DNA from: an uncultured Desulfobulbaceae bacterium
GTDB lineage: Bacteria; Desulfobacterota; Desulfobulbia; Desulfobulbales; Desulfobulbaceae
Assembly (NCBI GenBank): GCA_947259225.1
Contig: CAMYLK010000009.1
Location: 17,599-81,598, forward strand
Length of the DNA: 64,000 nt
Direction: 5' to 3'
This document shows positions 10,582 to 21,233 of the stretch, piece after piece. The position numbers and the translations under genes were made by a program. The notes beneath the pieces are model-generated. The model saw only the letters and a program-made list of their open reading frames with translations. It was not told where the DNA came from and did no database searches. Positions within the stretch are counted from its first letter, which is position 1; each line of letters starts with the position of its first letter.

Positions 10582-12000
10582 ATGAATTTATTTCTTCTCC
10601 AGAAAAATGATAAAGGTCCTGGTTCTGTTTTTGCCCGAATTTTTCAATTTGTATTTTGCGGTGCCTTTATTTCTTTAATTATGTCATGCAATGCTCCAGT
10701 TACATCAGGTACATCTGGTATGATGAATGGTGCACGGTCAACTGCCTCTTCCCCTGTAACTGCTCAGGGTGATTATCAGGCTTCGTCTACCTGTAAGAAC
10801 TGCCATGCTCATATCTTTGAACAGTTTCTTGAATCAATGCATGCAAATTCATATAAGAACCCGGTGTTCAATGCTGAATTTTACAAGATTCTGTTACCGC
10901 GCTTTGAAGATGGTGAAGACCTCTCAGGTGAAGTGAGGGCTTGTATAGCATGCCATTCACCTGTAACCTATAGCCAGAACAGTGGAAATATTTCTTCGGT
11001 TAAGGGTGTTGGGCGTGATTTGTCAGGTGTTGAATGTGATCTTTGCCATACAATAAGAGGGTATGATGGTTCAAAACCGGAAGGTGGAAATTATATATCA
11101 AGTCCCAGTGAACAGAAATTAGGACCCTTTCAATATGAGAGCAGTCATCACCGTGCCTACTCAGAATTGCAGACAAAAAGTGAAATTTGTGCAATATGCC
11201 ATAACAGAACTAACCGTTTCGGCCTTGAAATAATATCAACCTTCTCGGAATGGAAGAAGAGTCAGTACTCCAAAAGGGGCATCGAGTGCCAGAGCTGTCA
11301 TATGAATATACAGGGATTCCTTACAGCCGGACAACCTGTATATGAGTCCGGCGAAGCAGCGCAGGCAACCTTGATCAAACCCAAAAACAGATCCAAGATT
11401 TACACACATCGTTTTCCAGGAGCACATTCAGAGTCTCAGGTGAACGGAGCTATTCAGTTGGACATACAGGTCAATGAGCCTGCAGTTGAAGCCGGCAAAG
11501 AGATGATGATTTATGTGAATGTGGACAACTCCAGGTCAGGTCATAAACTTCCGACGGGGAGCGCTGAACTCCGGCTGCTGTACCTTGATCTTGTCGCGGA
11601 AGTCGCGGGGGAAACAATTCCTCTTGCGGCTAATTCACTTGATAAGGAAATGTTTGACGTTTCTGGTAAGGGAAAATTTGATTCAATTGTTCTGAAAAAT
11701 GATATACCCGAAGGCAGGCGAGTTTACCGTGCCATCTGTCTAGATAATGAAGGACAACAGACAGTTTTTTCATTTGATGCCAAGGAAATTTCCTTTGATA
11801 ACCGTTTGCAGGCAAGTGAAGTCAGGAAGGAATTCTTTACATTTCAGGTGCCGGATGATGTTGGTTCGGAATTTTATCTTGTCGCCACTTTAAATTATCT
11901 CCGCTATCCCAGCTCCTTTGCCTATGAACTGGGCGTTCCCAAGGCAAAGACCGTTGAATTGGCAAGTGTTCGAAAAAAAGTGGTGTTAAACAGGCACTAA
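10582..12000 (+). CDS. Membrane-anchored pentahaem c-type cytochrome with non-haem C-terminal domain
   Basis: Five CxxCH motifs (CKNCH, CIACH, CDLCH, CAICH, CQSCH) and an N-terminal hydrophobic anchor. ATG at 10582 is preceded by GAGGTG. The ORF-track start at 10552 is a TTG without an RBS. Confidence 0.8.
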   Translation: MNLFLLQKNDKGPGSVFARIFQFVFCGAFISLIMSCNAPVTSGTSGMMNGARSTASSPVTAQGDYQASSTCKNCHAHIFEQFLESMHANSYKNPVFNAEFYKILLPRFEDGEDLSGEVRACIACHSPVTYSQNSGNISSVKGVGRDLSGVECDLCHTIRGYDGSKPEGGNYISSPSEQKLGPFQYESSHHRAYSELQTKSEICAICHNRTNRFGLEIISTFSEWKKSQYSKRGIECQSCHMNIQGFLTAGQPVYESGEAAQATLIKPKNRSKIYTHRFPGAHSESQVNGAIQLDIQVNEPAVEAGKEMMIYVNVDNSRSGHKLPTGSAELRLLYLDLVAEVAGETIPLAANSLDKEMFDVSGKGKFDSIVLKNDIPEGRRVYRAICLDNEGQQTVFSFDAKEISFDNRLQASEVRKEFFTFQVPDDVGSEFYLVATLNYLRYPSSFAYELGVPKAKTVELASVRKKVVLNRH

Positions 12001-12354
12001 TAAGAGACGGCTGGTCCAGTGCCTGGCAAATTATATTTTCGTTATTTTATTAATTAGGGTCCCCTCTATAATTTAAGGACGAGCAGTCTGGTTTCAGTTG
12101 GTGCCCTTATTCGTTTGTCCTATGTTTATCTGACTTACCCGTCTTCCTGCCCTGATATTTTCTTCACACAGTATTTACTGGGCCATTAATTGTTGCGAAA
12201 CACATCCTGTTTTCTTGCACATGACTTTATTGGTGCGATCCATGTCAAACGGCCCAATTAATCTTTTGACCTGCAGTTAGTAATGATTACTCTTCTAGGA
12301 AAGGGCAACGGTAATATGTTTGTTTGCTATATACTTGGAGTGTGCTCGGGAGGT

Positions 12355-13419
12355 ATGAAAATGAGTATGTTGAGCCTTATTTTATCAGTTTCTGCGGTTC
12401 TTTTTTTTGGTGTCAGTCCGGTATACGCTACCAGAACAAGGACAGCCGTTTTTGCAGGAGGCTGTTTCTGGTGCATGGAACCTCCTTTTGAAGAGATCGA
12501 TGGAGTCATAGACGTCAAGGCAGGCTATACAGGTGGTGATGTGGAGAATCCTACCTATGAGCAGGTCACCGGAGGAGCGACCGGTCATTATGAAGCAGTT
12601 CAGGTTGTGTATGATCCTGATGTTGTGGACTATGACGAACTCCTGAATGTATTCTGGCGCCAGATTGATCCCACTGATGACGGAGGGCAATTTGCAGACC
12701 GTGGATCACAGTATTTCACGGCTATTTTTTATCTGGACGATGAACAGAAAGAAAAAGCTGAGGAATCAAAGAAACAGCTTGATGCTTCAGGAGTATTTGA
12801 TAAACCGGTAATGACTGCTATCCTGCCGGCGGTTCCATTCTATCCAGCCGAAGAATATCATCAGGATTATGCCCGGAAAAATGTTTTACCTTATTCAAGG
12901 TATAAAACAGGTTCCGGACGTACCGGGTTTCTTGAGAGAACATGGAAAAATAATGAAGATGTGAATTTATCCACCAGCACCTTTCACAAGCCATCCGCTG
13001 ATGAACTGAAACAAATACTTTCTCCCATTCAGTATAAAGTAACCCAGAAGGAAGGTACGGAACCACCCTTTAATAACGAATACTGGAATAACAAAGAAGC
13101 GGGAATATATGTTGATATCGTTTCCGGTGAACCTCTATTTTCTTCTACTGACAAGTTTGATTCAGGAACTGGATGGCCCAGTTTTATCAGACCTGTGACT
13201 GAAAACAATGTTCGTGAAAAGAAAGACCGTAAATTGTTTTCTGTGAGGACAGAGGTGAGAAGCCGTACTGGAGACTCACACCTGGGGCATGTGTTTGAGG
13301 ACGGCCCGAATCCGACCGGTTTGCGGTACTGCATAAATTCCGCATCCCTCCGTTTTATCCCGGTTGATAAGCTTGAGGAGGAAGGCTTTGGCCAATTTCT
13401 TGATCTGTTTGAAAAGTGA
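12355..13419 (+). CDS. msrAB: Exported bifunctional peptide-methionine sulfoxide reductase MsrA-MsrB
   Basis: MsrA motif GGCFWCME. MsrB motifs [13 protein letters not shown] and RYCINS. The N-terminal signal/anchor is [28 protein letters not shown] 12355 is preceded by GGGAGG. Confidence 0.88.
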   Translation: MKMSMLSLILSVSAVLFFGVSPVYATRTRTAVFAGGCFWCMEPPFEEIDGVIDVKAGYTGGDVENPTYEQVTGGATGHYEAVQVVYDPDVVDYDELLNVFWRQIDPTDDGGQFADRGSQYFTAIFYLDDEQKEKAEESKKQLDASGVFDKPVMTAILPAVPFYPAEEYHQDYARKNVLPYSRYKTGSGRTGFLERTWKNNEDVNLSTSTFHKPSADELKQILSPIQYKVTQKEGTEPPFNNEYWNNKEAGIYVDIVSGEPLFSSTDKFDSGTGWPSFIRPVTENNVREKKDRKLFSVRTEVRSRTGDSHLGHVFEDGPNPTGLRYCINSASLRFIPVDKLEEEGFGQFLDLFEK

Positions 13420-13435
13420 TTTTATTTGCTGATAT

Positions 13436-14002
13436 TCAGGGCATTATTGATTTTTTACTGCGGTTGTCTATTTCGTTCTGGTAACGACTAAGGACACCGT
13501 AAAGCATATCAGGAAGATCATTTTTCTGGCGCGAGGAACGTTGGATCTGCTTCAAACATTTACCCATTGTCAGTGGTTCGTAAAGAAAAATGTGGCGCAG
13601 GATCAGAGATATGAGACGGGTGATAGTGGTCAGGTTTGAAATGCGCGATTGCAGTTCATGGTTTCGGTCAAAGGCCGTTGACGCAAAAACCTCAACCGGG
13701 TTTCCATCTACCTCGCTGACAGAAAGATACCATTTGTTCTGATCACGGTCTACAGCTCTGTAGCGCTTGCCGTCAACAACGTCAGGTAATTCTTCCGGTT
13801 GCGGAATGGGGATTGAAACCGGCTCCGGCAGCACAGGTTCATCATGAAAGTGAAGCCACAGCTTTTTTATCTCTTCCGGATGGTTTTTGACATTAGCTAT
13901 TATCGTTTTGCATGTTGAGCATGCAGCGAAGCCACTTGTGTTATGGATTTTTTTTGCGGCTCCACATATCTGACAGGTTGATTTTTTTTGCTCTTCAGGC
14001 AC
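13436..14002 (-). CDS. Hypothetical protein: N-terminal Cys4 ribbon plus degenerate TSCPD-like (class II RNR C-terminal-like) domain
   Basis: 188 aa, GTG start with AAGGAG 9 nt upstream. Has CQICG...CSTCK. PVEVFAS...TRLISLILRH...NDLPDMLYGVL resembles the RNR class II/TSCPD block, but the TSCPD cysteine is replaced. Confidence 0.4.
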   Translation of the reverse strand: MPEEQKKSTCQICGAAKKIHNTSGFAACSTCKTIIANVKNHPEEIKKLWLHFHDEPVLPEPVSIPIPQPEELPDVVDGKRYRAVDRDQNKWYLSVSEVDGNPVEVFASTAFDRNHELQSRISNLTTITRLISLILRHIFLYEPLTMGKCLKQIQRSSRQKNDLPDMLYGVLSRYQNEIDNRSKKSIMP

Positions 14003-14173
14003 GACTCCAACTCCTTTACATTATTTGATCACTCTTGACAGGGTTGTCATTCAACTCTTGGCAGAGTAAAGATAACTGGTCAGTATGAAAAGAGTCAACA
14101 TGAAAAGTCTCAGGGCCGTACCAGAGGAGTGGAGCTTTCTTGAAATGATTTTGGAAGAACAGGAGCAGGGAAT

Positions 14174-14713
14174 ATGACCAAAAGTGAAAGCCGATCAAAC
14201 GGCCTGCTGATGCTTTTTACCGGGAACGGTAAAGGCAAGACGACATCAGCACTTGGTCTTGCGTTCAGGGCCATAGGGCATGGATTTCCAGTCTGTATGA
14301 TTCAGTTTATCAAGGGAAGTTGGAAGTACGGTGAGCTTGAAGCAGCCAAACATTTTGCCCCGCTTATGGAGGTGCATGTCATGGGCAGGGGCTTTACGTG
14401 GAAATCGGCAGATTTGACCAAGGATGTTGCTGCAGCAAGAGAGGCCTGGGATTTTGCCAGGAAGATTATAAGAGAGGGCAAGCACCGCATAGTTATCCTG
14501 GACGAACTCACATATCCTGTTTCTTACGATATGATAGATGAAAAGGAAGTTATTGAAACCATCAGTTCAAGACCGGAAAATATGCATGTCATTATTACCG
14601 GCAGGGGAGCATCAGAAAAACTTGTGGATGCGGCTGATCTTGTTACTGAAATGCTTGATGTAAAACATCCTTATGAAAATGGTATTAGTGCCCAAAAGGG
14701 TGTTGAGTTCTGA
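14174..14713 (+). CDS. cobO: Cob(I)yrinic acid a,c-diamide adenosyltransferase
   Basis: 179 aa. P-loop GNGKGKTTSALG and the ILDELTY block. Confidence 0.9.
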   Translation: MTKSESRSNGLLMLFTGNGKGKTTSALGLAFRAIGHGFPVCMIQFIKGSWKYGELEAAKHFAPLMEVHVMGRGFTWKSADLTKDVAAAREAWDFARKIIREGKHRIVILDELTYPVSYDMIDEKEVIETISSRPENMHVIITGRGASEKLVDAADLVTEMLDVKHPYENGISAQKGVEF

Positions 14714-14946
14714 TAATCCGGAAAGAAAATTTTGAGTTTGATCAATCCAGCCGCAATTCAACCTTTGCTTCACATAAACTGCCTGTAGAGCACCTGTTCA
14801 GCAAGTCGATAATCCTTATCTGATATTTTTGTTGCAGGTTTCCGGCTTTTCTGCTGTTTGGGCTTGCATCTTTCCGCCCGCTTGTTATTATTTTTAGTTT
14901 TGCAACCAAATAATTTACGATTTTATTATTCTCCTGGAGATATACA

Positions 14947-17763
14947 ATGGACTACCGGGATACACTGAATCTTCCCAAAACAAAATTCAAAATGAAGGCC
15001 AACCTGACGCAGAAGGAGCCTGAATTTCTCAGGCGTTGGGAAAAGACAGGCCTTTATCAGAGATTGCAGGAGTCGGCCTCGGACAAGCCTCTTTTTGTGC
15101 TTCATGACGGTCCGCCATATGCCAACGGTCATATTCATCTTGGCACCGCGTTTAACAAGGTGCTTAAAGATATAATTCTCAAGTCCCGCCGGATGTCAGG
15201 GTTCAATGCGCCATATATTCCCGGATGGGATTGTCACGGCCTGCCCATTGAACACAATGTTGACAAGGAGCTTGGCGGGAAGAAAGAACAGATATCCACC
15301 CTGGCAAAACGAGGAGCCTGTCGTAAGTATGCGGAAAAGTGGATTAAAACCCAGAAGGCAGAGTTCAAACGCCTCGGTGTGCTTGGTGACTGGGATAATC
15401 CCTACCTCACCATGAATTATGGGTTCGAAGCTGATATTGCCCGTGAGTTCAATAAATTTCTACTTTCGGGCTCGGTAGTTCATTCCAAAAAACCTGTCTA
15501 CTGGTGCGCGACCTGCGGTACGGCCCTTGCTGAGGCTGAAGTTGAATACCATGACCATTCGTCACCTTCGGTCTATGTCAAATTTCCATTGGCTGATAAC
15601 ATCTCCGATGTGGTTTCCCTTCCTGAGGATAAGGAAGTTTATATCCTGATCTGGACAACAACACCCTGGACTCTCCCGGCAAACATGGCAATCGCATTTC
15701 ATCCGGATTTTGTCTACGCCGCTGTTGAGGTGAATAATGAGGTATGGATACTGGCCGAGGAACTGGTTGGAAATTGTTTCAAGGAGTTTGGAATTGACAA
15801 TTACAGTGTATTGGCGACCTTTTCGGCAGCTGGCTTGGAAGGGAAAAAATGCAGACATCCATTCATGGGCCGTGACTCGCTGATGGTGCTGGCCGATTAT
15901 GTTACTGCAGACAGCGGTACAGGATGTGTACATACTGCTCCCGGACACGGAGCAGATGATTATCTCACCGGCCTGCGATATGGTTTGGAAATCATGTCAC
16001 CGGTTGACGAGCAGGGAACATATACGGCAGAGGCCGGGCAATATGAAGGGCAGAAGATACCAGGCGTAAACCGCCAGATCAATGATGATATGAAAGCCGA
16101 TGGCGTGCTGGTCCGTGAAACAGATATAGTCCACAGCTACCCGCACTGCTGGCGCTGTAAGAAACCCGTTATGTACAGGGCTACGGAACAGTGGTTTATC
16201 TCCATGCAGGAAAACAAACTGCGGGAAAAGGCTTTGAAAGCCATCAAAGACGTGAGTTGGACACCCGATTGGGGAATGCAGAGAATTTACGGCATGGTGG
16301 AAGCACGGCCTGATTGGTGCTTATCCAGGCAGAGGACCTGGGGAGTGCCCCTTACGGTCCTGACCTGCGAACAGTGCGGTGAAGTTGTCAGGGATAAGAA
16401 CGTCTGCGAGATAATCGAGTCGCTCTTTGAAAAGGAAGGAGCTGATGCCTGGTTTAAATATAGTGCCGAGGAACTGGTTCTAAAGGATACAAGGTGTAAG
16501 GGTTGCGGATCACAATCTTTTAAAAAGGAAAATGATATCCTGGATGTCTGGTTCGATTCCGGTGTCACCTATGCAGCTGTATGCGAGGTGCGGAAAGAGC
16601 TTTCTTCACCTGCAGACCTGTACCTTGAAGGTAGTGATCAGCATCGCGGCTGGTTCCAGAGTTCCCTGCTGGCATCTGTCGGGACCCGGGGGCATGCTCC
16701 CTACAAAGGAGTGCTGACACACGGTTATGTTGTGGACGGCCAGGGCAAAAAAATGTCGAAAAGTGTTGGCAACGTAGTCGCACCGCAGGAGGTCATCGAC
16801 AAGTATGGTGCCGAGATTCTCCGTTTGTGGGTGTCAAGTGAGGATTACCGCGATGATGTCAAGGTGTCTGATGAAATCCTCAGGCATGTTTCCGACGCCT
16901 ATCGTAAAATGCGTAATACAATACGCTTTATGCTCAGCAACCTTTATGATTTTGACCCAACTTCCGACACGGTAGCCTATGGTGAACTGACAGATCTGGA
17001 TCGCTGGGCCCTGGACCGGTTCGCCGGGCTTTGCAAACGAGTAACCAGAGCATATATGGACTATGAGTTTCATGCAATTTACCATCGGCTGCATAATTTT
17101 TGCGGCACGGATATGTCCAGCCTGTACCTCGACGTCCTCAAGGACCGCCTCTATGTGTCAGAACCTGATTCTGTTGAGCGACGGGCGGCGCAGACTGTGA
17201 TATATAGGATACTGGACGGCCTGCTCAAACTCATGGCACCGATACTCAGTTTCACAGCGACAGAGGCCTGGGAAAACTTGCACGGTCTTACACCGGACAG
17301 TCCACCTGAAAAAAATGTCTTTTTTGCCCAGTTTCCTTCGGTAGAGGATATTCCGGAAGATTTAAGCTTTACAGAGACCTGGTCAAAATTACTGGAAATT
17401 CGCAGTGAAATAACCAGGGTCCTGGAAACGGCGCGAAGGGAAAAGGTAATCGGCCTTTCCCTGGATGCTGAAGTCCTTGTACAGGCAGATGGGGAAACAT
17501 CAACGTTTCTTGCGGACAAGTTGGAACAGCTGAGAGAACTCTGCATTGTTTCGAGCCTCCGGCAAACATCCGATCTTAGTGAAATCACTGGTGTCGAGAT
17601 TGTCGAAGCTGAAAATATACCGGGTCTGAAAATTGGTGTGCGACAGGCTCCGGGAGAGAAATGTGAACGCTGCTGGACAATCTCAACGAGCGTTGGCCAG
17701 GACAGTGGGCATCCGGCAGCTTGCAAACGTTGTGCCGGCGTTGTTCGTGCATTGAGTGATTAA
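14947..17763 (+). CDS. ileS: Isoleucine--tRNA ligase
   Basis: 938 aa. HIGH-type PYANGHIHLG, KMSKS (KKMSKS), editing-domain blocks, C-terminal CERCW...CKRC zinc knuckle. Confidence 0.97.
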   Translation: MDYRDTLNLPKTKFKMKANLTQKEPEFLRRWEKTGLYQRLQESASDKPLFVLHDGPPYANGHIHLGTAFNKVLKDIILKSRRMSGFNAPYIPGWDCHGLPIEHNVDKELGGKKEQISTLAKRGACRKYAEKWIKTQKAEFKRLGVLGDWDNPYLTMNYGFEADIAREFNKFLLSGSVVHSKKPVYWCATCGTALAEAEVEYHDHSSPSVYVKFPLADNISDVVSLPEDKEVYILIWTTTPWTLPANMAIAFHPDFVYAAVEVNNEVWILAEELVGNCFKEFGIDNYSVLATFSAAGLEGKKCRHPFMGRDSLMVLADYVTADSGTGCVHTAPGHGADDYLTGLRYGLEIMSPVDEQGTYTAEAGQYEGQKIPGVNRQINDDMKADGVLVRETDIVHSYPHCWRCKKPVMYRATEQWFISMQENKLREKALKAIKDVSWTPDWGMQRIYGMVEARPDWCLSRQRTWGVPLTVLTCEQCGEVVRDKNVCEIIESLFEKEGADAWFKYSAEELVLKDTRCKGCGSQSFKKENDILDVWFDSGVTYAAVCEVRKELSSPADLYLEGSDQHRGWFQSSLLASVGTRGHAPYKGVLTHGYVVDGQGKKMSKSVGNVVAPQEVIDKYGAEILRLWVSSEDYRDDVKVSDEILRHVSDAYRKMRNTIRFMLSNLYDFDPTSDTVAYGELTDLDRWALDRFAGLCKRVTRAYMDYEFHAIYHRLHNFCGTDMSSLYLDVLKDRLYVSEPDSVERRAAQTVIYRILDGLLKLMAPILSFTATEAWENLHGLTPDSPPEKNVFFAQFPSVEDIPEDLSFTETWSKLLEIRSEITRVLETARREKVIGLSLDAEVLVQADGETSTFLADKLEQLRELCIVSSLRQTSDLSEITGVEIVEAENIPGLKIGVRQAPGEKCERCWTISTSVGQDSGHPAACKRCAGVVRALSD

Positions 17764-18268
17764 GGTGACAGTGCCTGTAAGGTTCGGGGCAGTAATAGCC
17801 CTTGTTATTTTTTGTGATCAGGTAAGTAAGTTCTGGATCGTCAGCAATTTTGCATTATATGAGACACGCCCGGTTCTGCCTGGTTTTTTTAACCTGACAT
17901 ACCTGACGAATACCGGAGCCGCATTCGGTATTCTGGCAGGTCAGCCCGCCGTATGGCGCCAAGTCTTTTTTGTCGGTGTCGCGTTGGTTGCTCTGTGTGT
18001 CATTATAACTATGTTTTGGCGGTTGCGGCATGAGTCCTATTTCTATGAGTTGAGTCTCGGTCTCATTGCCGGAGGTGCATTGGGCAATCTGGTCGACAGG
18101 ATTCGTCTCGGGTCAGTAGTCGATTTCCTGGATGTTTACGTTGGGCGCCACCATTGGCCCGCTTTTAATGTTGCCGACTCAGCCATTACGGTGGGGGTGA
18201 CGATTTTTATAGTTTACAGTTTTTTCTTTGATAACAACAAAGAACGTATGGAAAACACCAGGAGCTGA
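17756..18268 (+). CDS. lspA: Lipoprotein signal peptidase II
   Basis: 170 aa. NTGAAFG and VVDFLD...FNVADSAI motifs. Overlaps the ileS stop, which is the classic ileS-lspA arrangement. Confidence 0.92.
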   Translation: MIKVTVPVRFGAVIALVIFCDQVSKFWIVSNFALYETRPVLPGFFNLTYLTNTGAAFGILAGQPAVWRQVFFVGVALVALCVIITMFWRLRHESYFYELSLGLIAGGALGNLVDRIRLGSVVDFLDVYVGRHHWPAFNVADSAITVGVTIFIVYSFFFDNNKERMENTRS

Positions 18269-18366
18269 AACCTCATCATGCAGATTCAGTGTGTAAGTTT
18301 GTAATATACAGCTGCGAACATTTCTGAGATGTGAAATACTGAAAAAAATCAAACAGACAGAAACCT

Positions 18367-19311
18367 ATGAAAAAAACAGCGATAATTTTTCCGGGTCAGG
18401 GCTCCCAGTTCGTAGGAATGGGCAGTGAATTCCTTGATGAATATGCAGGTGCTCGGGAACTCATGGAACTTGCTGAAGAAAAAAGCGGATTCCCAATACG
18501 TAAACTCTGTCTTGACGGCCCGCAGGAGGAACTGACCCGGGTTCTGCATTTGCAGCCGGCTATGACCGTGACCAACATGATTTGCTGGCAGGCCCTGGAG
18601 AAGGCAGTTCCTGATTTAAAACCCTTTTTTTTTGCTGGTCACAGCCTGGGGGAATACAGTGCTCTTTTTGCAGCAGGAGTCATCAGCGCGGAGGATTGCC
18701 TTGCTCTGGTAACCCGGCGAGGTGAACTGATGGAGCGTGAAGGAGAGGTTCATGCAGGCGGCATGAGAGCAGTGCTTGGTATGACGATAGGGGAGATCGA
18801 TTCTCTCCTTGACAGCTATTCGGGTCCCGGAGTGGTTGTGGTTGCAAACCATAATTCAGAGAAACAGGTGGTTATATCAGGTGATCAGGAAGGGCTTGAC
18901 GGTTTCAATGCGCTCTGCGAGGACCAAGGTGCAAAGGTAGTCCCCCTCCAGGTCAGTGTCGCCAACCATAGCCCACTGGTGGCCGGGGCGGTAGATGATT
19001 TTGACCTGTTATTGAGAGAAATCAGTTTTACTCCTCCAGGGGCGCCTGTCCTTTTTAATGTTACAGCTGCCACAGAAAATGAGCCGACTGTAATACGTGA
19101 TATCATGGCCAGGCAGATAGCATCCCGGGTGAGATGGTTCGAGTCTGTGAACAAAATGCTGGAAGATGGCGTTGAGTTGTTCATAGAAGTCGGTCCCAAG
19201 AAAGTTTTAACAGGTCTTATGAGAAAAATTGTCCCGCGGGGAACCGCCACCTGTATTCAGTTTGATACCCAGGAAGGTTTGGAAAAGGTGGTTTCCAAGC
19301 TCATGGATTGA
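18367..19311 (+). CDS. fabD: Malonyl CoA-ACP transacylase
   Basis: 314 aa. FPGQGSQFVGMG and the GHSLGEYSAL active-site serine motif. Confidence 0.95.
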   Translation: MKKTAIIFPGQGSQFVGMGSEFLDEYAGARELMELAEEKSGFPIRKLCLDGPQEELTRVLHLQPAMTVTNMICWQALEKAVPDLKPFFFAGHSLGEYSALFAAGVISAEDCLALVTRRGELMEREGEVHAGGMRAVLGMTIGEIDSLLDSYSGPGVVVVANHNSEKQVVISGDQEGLDGFNALCEDQGAKVVPLQVSVANHSPLVAGAVDDFDLLLREISFTPPGAPVLFNVTAATENEPTVIRDIMARQIASRVRWFESVNKMLEDGVELFIEVGPKKVLTGLMRKIVPRGTATCIQFDTQEGLEKVVSKLMD

Positions 19312-19459
19312 GCGTCTTTTCAGCGTGTTACGCTTCATGCTTGACATTGGAAGTGAGTTCGATTAAAAATTATCTGTTTAATCAGTTGAAAGTTTTGGCT
19401 GAAATATTTTGTATCTTCTCCGGTTTGATAATGTGCCGGTTATAAAGAGAAAAAGATAG

Positions 19460-20809
19460 ATGTTCGAGAATTTGACAGATCGCCTGGAAGGCGTATTTAA
19501 AAAACTTCGCGGTCATGGAAAACTGACCGAGGAGAATATTCAGGAAGCTATGCAGGAAGTGCGGAGAGCACTTCTTGAGGCTGATGTCAACTTCAATGTT
19601 GTCAAAGAGTTCATCGCTGCTGTCACAGAAAAATCTGTGGGCAGGGAGGTTCTGTCCAGCCTGTCGCCTGGTCAGCAGGTTGTCAAAATTGTCCATGATG
19701 AACTGGTGGAGCTTCTCGGCAGTTCGACATCGGCATTGCGTCTTGACGGCAGGCAGCCGATAATTATCATGCTGGCTGGCCTGCAGGGTTCGGGTAAGAC
19801 AACCACGGCAGCAAAGCTTGCCTCAAGCTTAAAGAAGCAGGGGCGTAAGCCGTTTCTTGTTCCGGCTGACGTCTACAGACCGGCAGCTATCGATCAACTG
19901 CAAGTGCTTGCAGAGCAGATCCAAGTCCCGGTTTTCAGCTCCACCACTGACGATGATCCGGTGGATATCAGTCGTCGGGCAGTTGCTGAGGCAGGCAAAG
20001 AGCAGTATGACACTGTCATCATCGATACAGCAGGCCGGCTGCATGTAGACGAGGCCCTGATGGAAGAGCTTAAGGGGATCAGCAAGGCGATTCCTTTGTC
20101 CGAAGTTCTATTTGTAGCCGATGCGATGACCGGCCAGGATGCGGTAACGGTAGCGGACAAGTTCAATACTGATCTGGAAATAACCGGTGTCATTCTGACG
20201 AAGATGGAGGGAGATGCACGGGGCGGTGCAGCACTTTCCGTTAAAAAGGTAACCGGTAAACCCATTAAATTTGTCGGTGTCGGTGAAGCGGTCGATGCGC
20301 TTGAGGTTTTTCATCCGGACCGTGTAGCTTCCCGTATACTGGGTATGGGTGACATGCTCTCTCTCATAGAGAAGGCAGAAGCGGTTGTTGATGAGAAGAA
20401 AGCAAAGAAGCTGGCTAAGAAAATACAGAAAAATGCCTTTACCCTGGAGGATTTTCTTGACCAGATTCAGCAGATAAAAAAAATGGGCAACCTGGAACAG
20501 TTGATGGGTATGATTCCTGGAGTCAGTAAGCTCAAACAATTGAAGGATGCTCCAAAGCCTGATGAAAGCGAATTGAAAAGGACAGAAGCTATTATTCTGT
20601 CTATGACCAGGAAAGAAAGACAGGCCCACCAGATCATTAATGCCAGTCGCAGGCAGCGGATTGCAAAAGGTTCAGGCACTTCGGTCAACGATGTGAACAG
20701 GGTGCTGAAAAGCTATACCATGATGTTGAAAATGATGAAGAAATTCAAAGGCAAAAGTATGGTACGCGGTGGAAGACGACGTAAATTGCCCAAGGGACTT
20801 GTTCGGTAA
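19460..20809 (+). CDS. ffh: Signal recognition particle protein
   Basis: 449 aa. GLQGSGKTTT, DTAGRL, and a Met-rich M domain (MGNLEQLMGMIPG). Confidence 0.97.
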   Translation: MFENLTDRLEGVFKKLRGHGKLTEENIQEAMQEVRRALLEADVNFNVVKEFIAAVTEKSVGREVLSSLSPGQQVVKIVHDELVELLGSSTSALRLDGRQPIIIMLAGLQGSGKTTTAAKLASSLKKQGRKPFLVPADVYRPAAIDQLQVLAEQIQVPVFSSTTDDDPVDISRRAVAEAGKEQYDTVIIDTAGRLHVDEALMEELKGISKAIPLSEVLFVADAMTGQDAVTVADKFNTDLEITGVILTKMEGDARGGAALSVKKVTGKPIKFVGVGEAVDALEVFHPDRVASRILGMGDMLSLIEKAEAVVDEKKAKKLAKKIQKNAFTLEDFLDQIQQIKKMGNLEQLMGMIPGVSKLKQLKDAPKPDESELKRTEAIILSMTRKERQAHQIINASRRQRIAKGSGTSVNDVNRVLKSYTMMLKMMKKFKGKSMVRGGRRRKLPKGLVR

Positions 20810-20976
20810 ATAATTATTCCGGAATATTCCGGATTGAACTATTGTTGGTTTCGCCAAATAAAGTGCGAAGAAAGACAATTCATTGTTGTAACTGTTTGCA
20901 ATATCGAAGTGCTCGTTTACTTTAATTGGTTTTCCACGAGTACATCACAATTGACCATTGGAGGAAAAGAAAAATA

Positions 20977-21219
20977 ATGGCTGTACGAATTCGCCTGACA
21001 AGGTTAGGAAGAAAAAAGAAACCGTTTTATCGTATTATTGTAGCTGACGGTGAAGCAAAACGTGACGGGAAGTTCCTGGATATTATAGGAACATACGATC
21101 CAATGCAGGATCCGGCTGTAGTTAAAATTGATAGTGAAAAATTGAATGACTGGCTCGGCAAGGGTGCTACGCCCTCAGTGACTGTCAGCAACCTTATCAA
21201 GAAACATGCTGCCGCTTAA
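20977..21219 (+). CDS. rpsP: 30S ribosomal protein S16
   Basis: [24 protein letters not shown]. Internal ATG chosen over the longer ORF-track start at 20926. Confidence 0.95.
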   Translation: MAVRIRLTRLGRKKKPFYRIIVADGEAKRDGKFLDIIGTYDPMQDPAVVKIDSEKLNDWLGKGATPSVTVSNLIKKHAAA

Positions 21220-21233
21220 CTAGAGATTAATCT

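Noticed and set aside
10184-12000. tRNA-Pro as an integration site for a genomic island
   Set aside because: No integrase, no direct repeat of the tRNA 3' end and no phage or plasmid genes follow. The downstream genes are ordinary chromosomal functions.
14003-14173. Possible cobalamin riboswitch upstream of cobO
   Set aside because: No B12-box-like element or GCCACTG core is visible in the 170-bp region, which looks like a plain divergent promoter.
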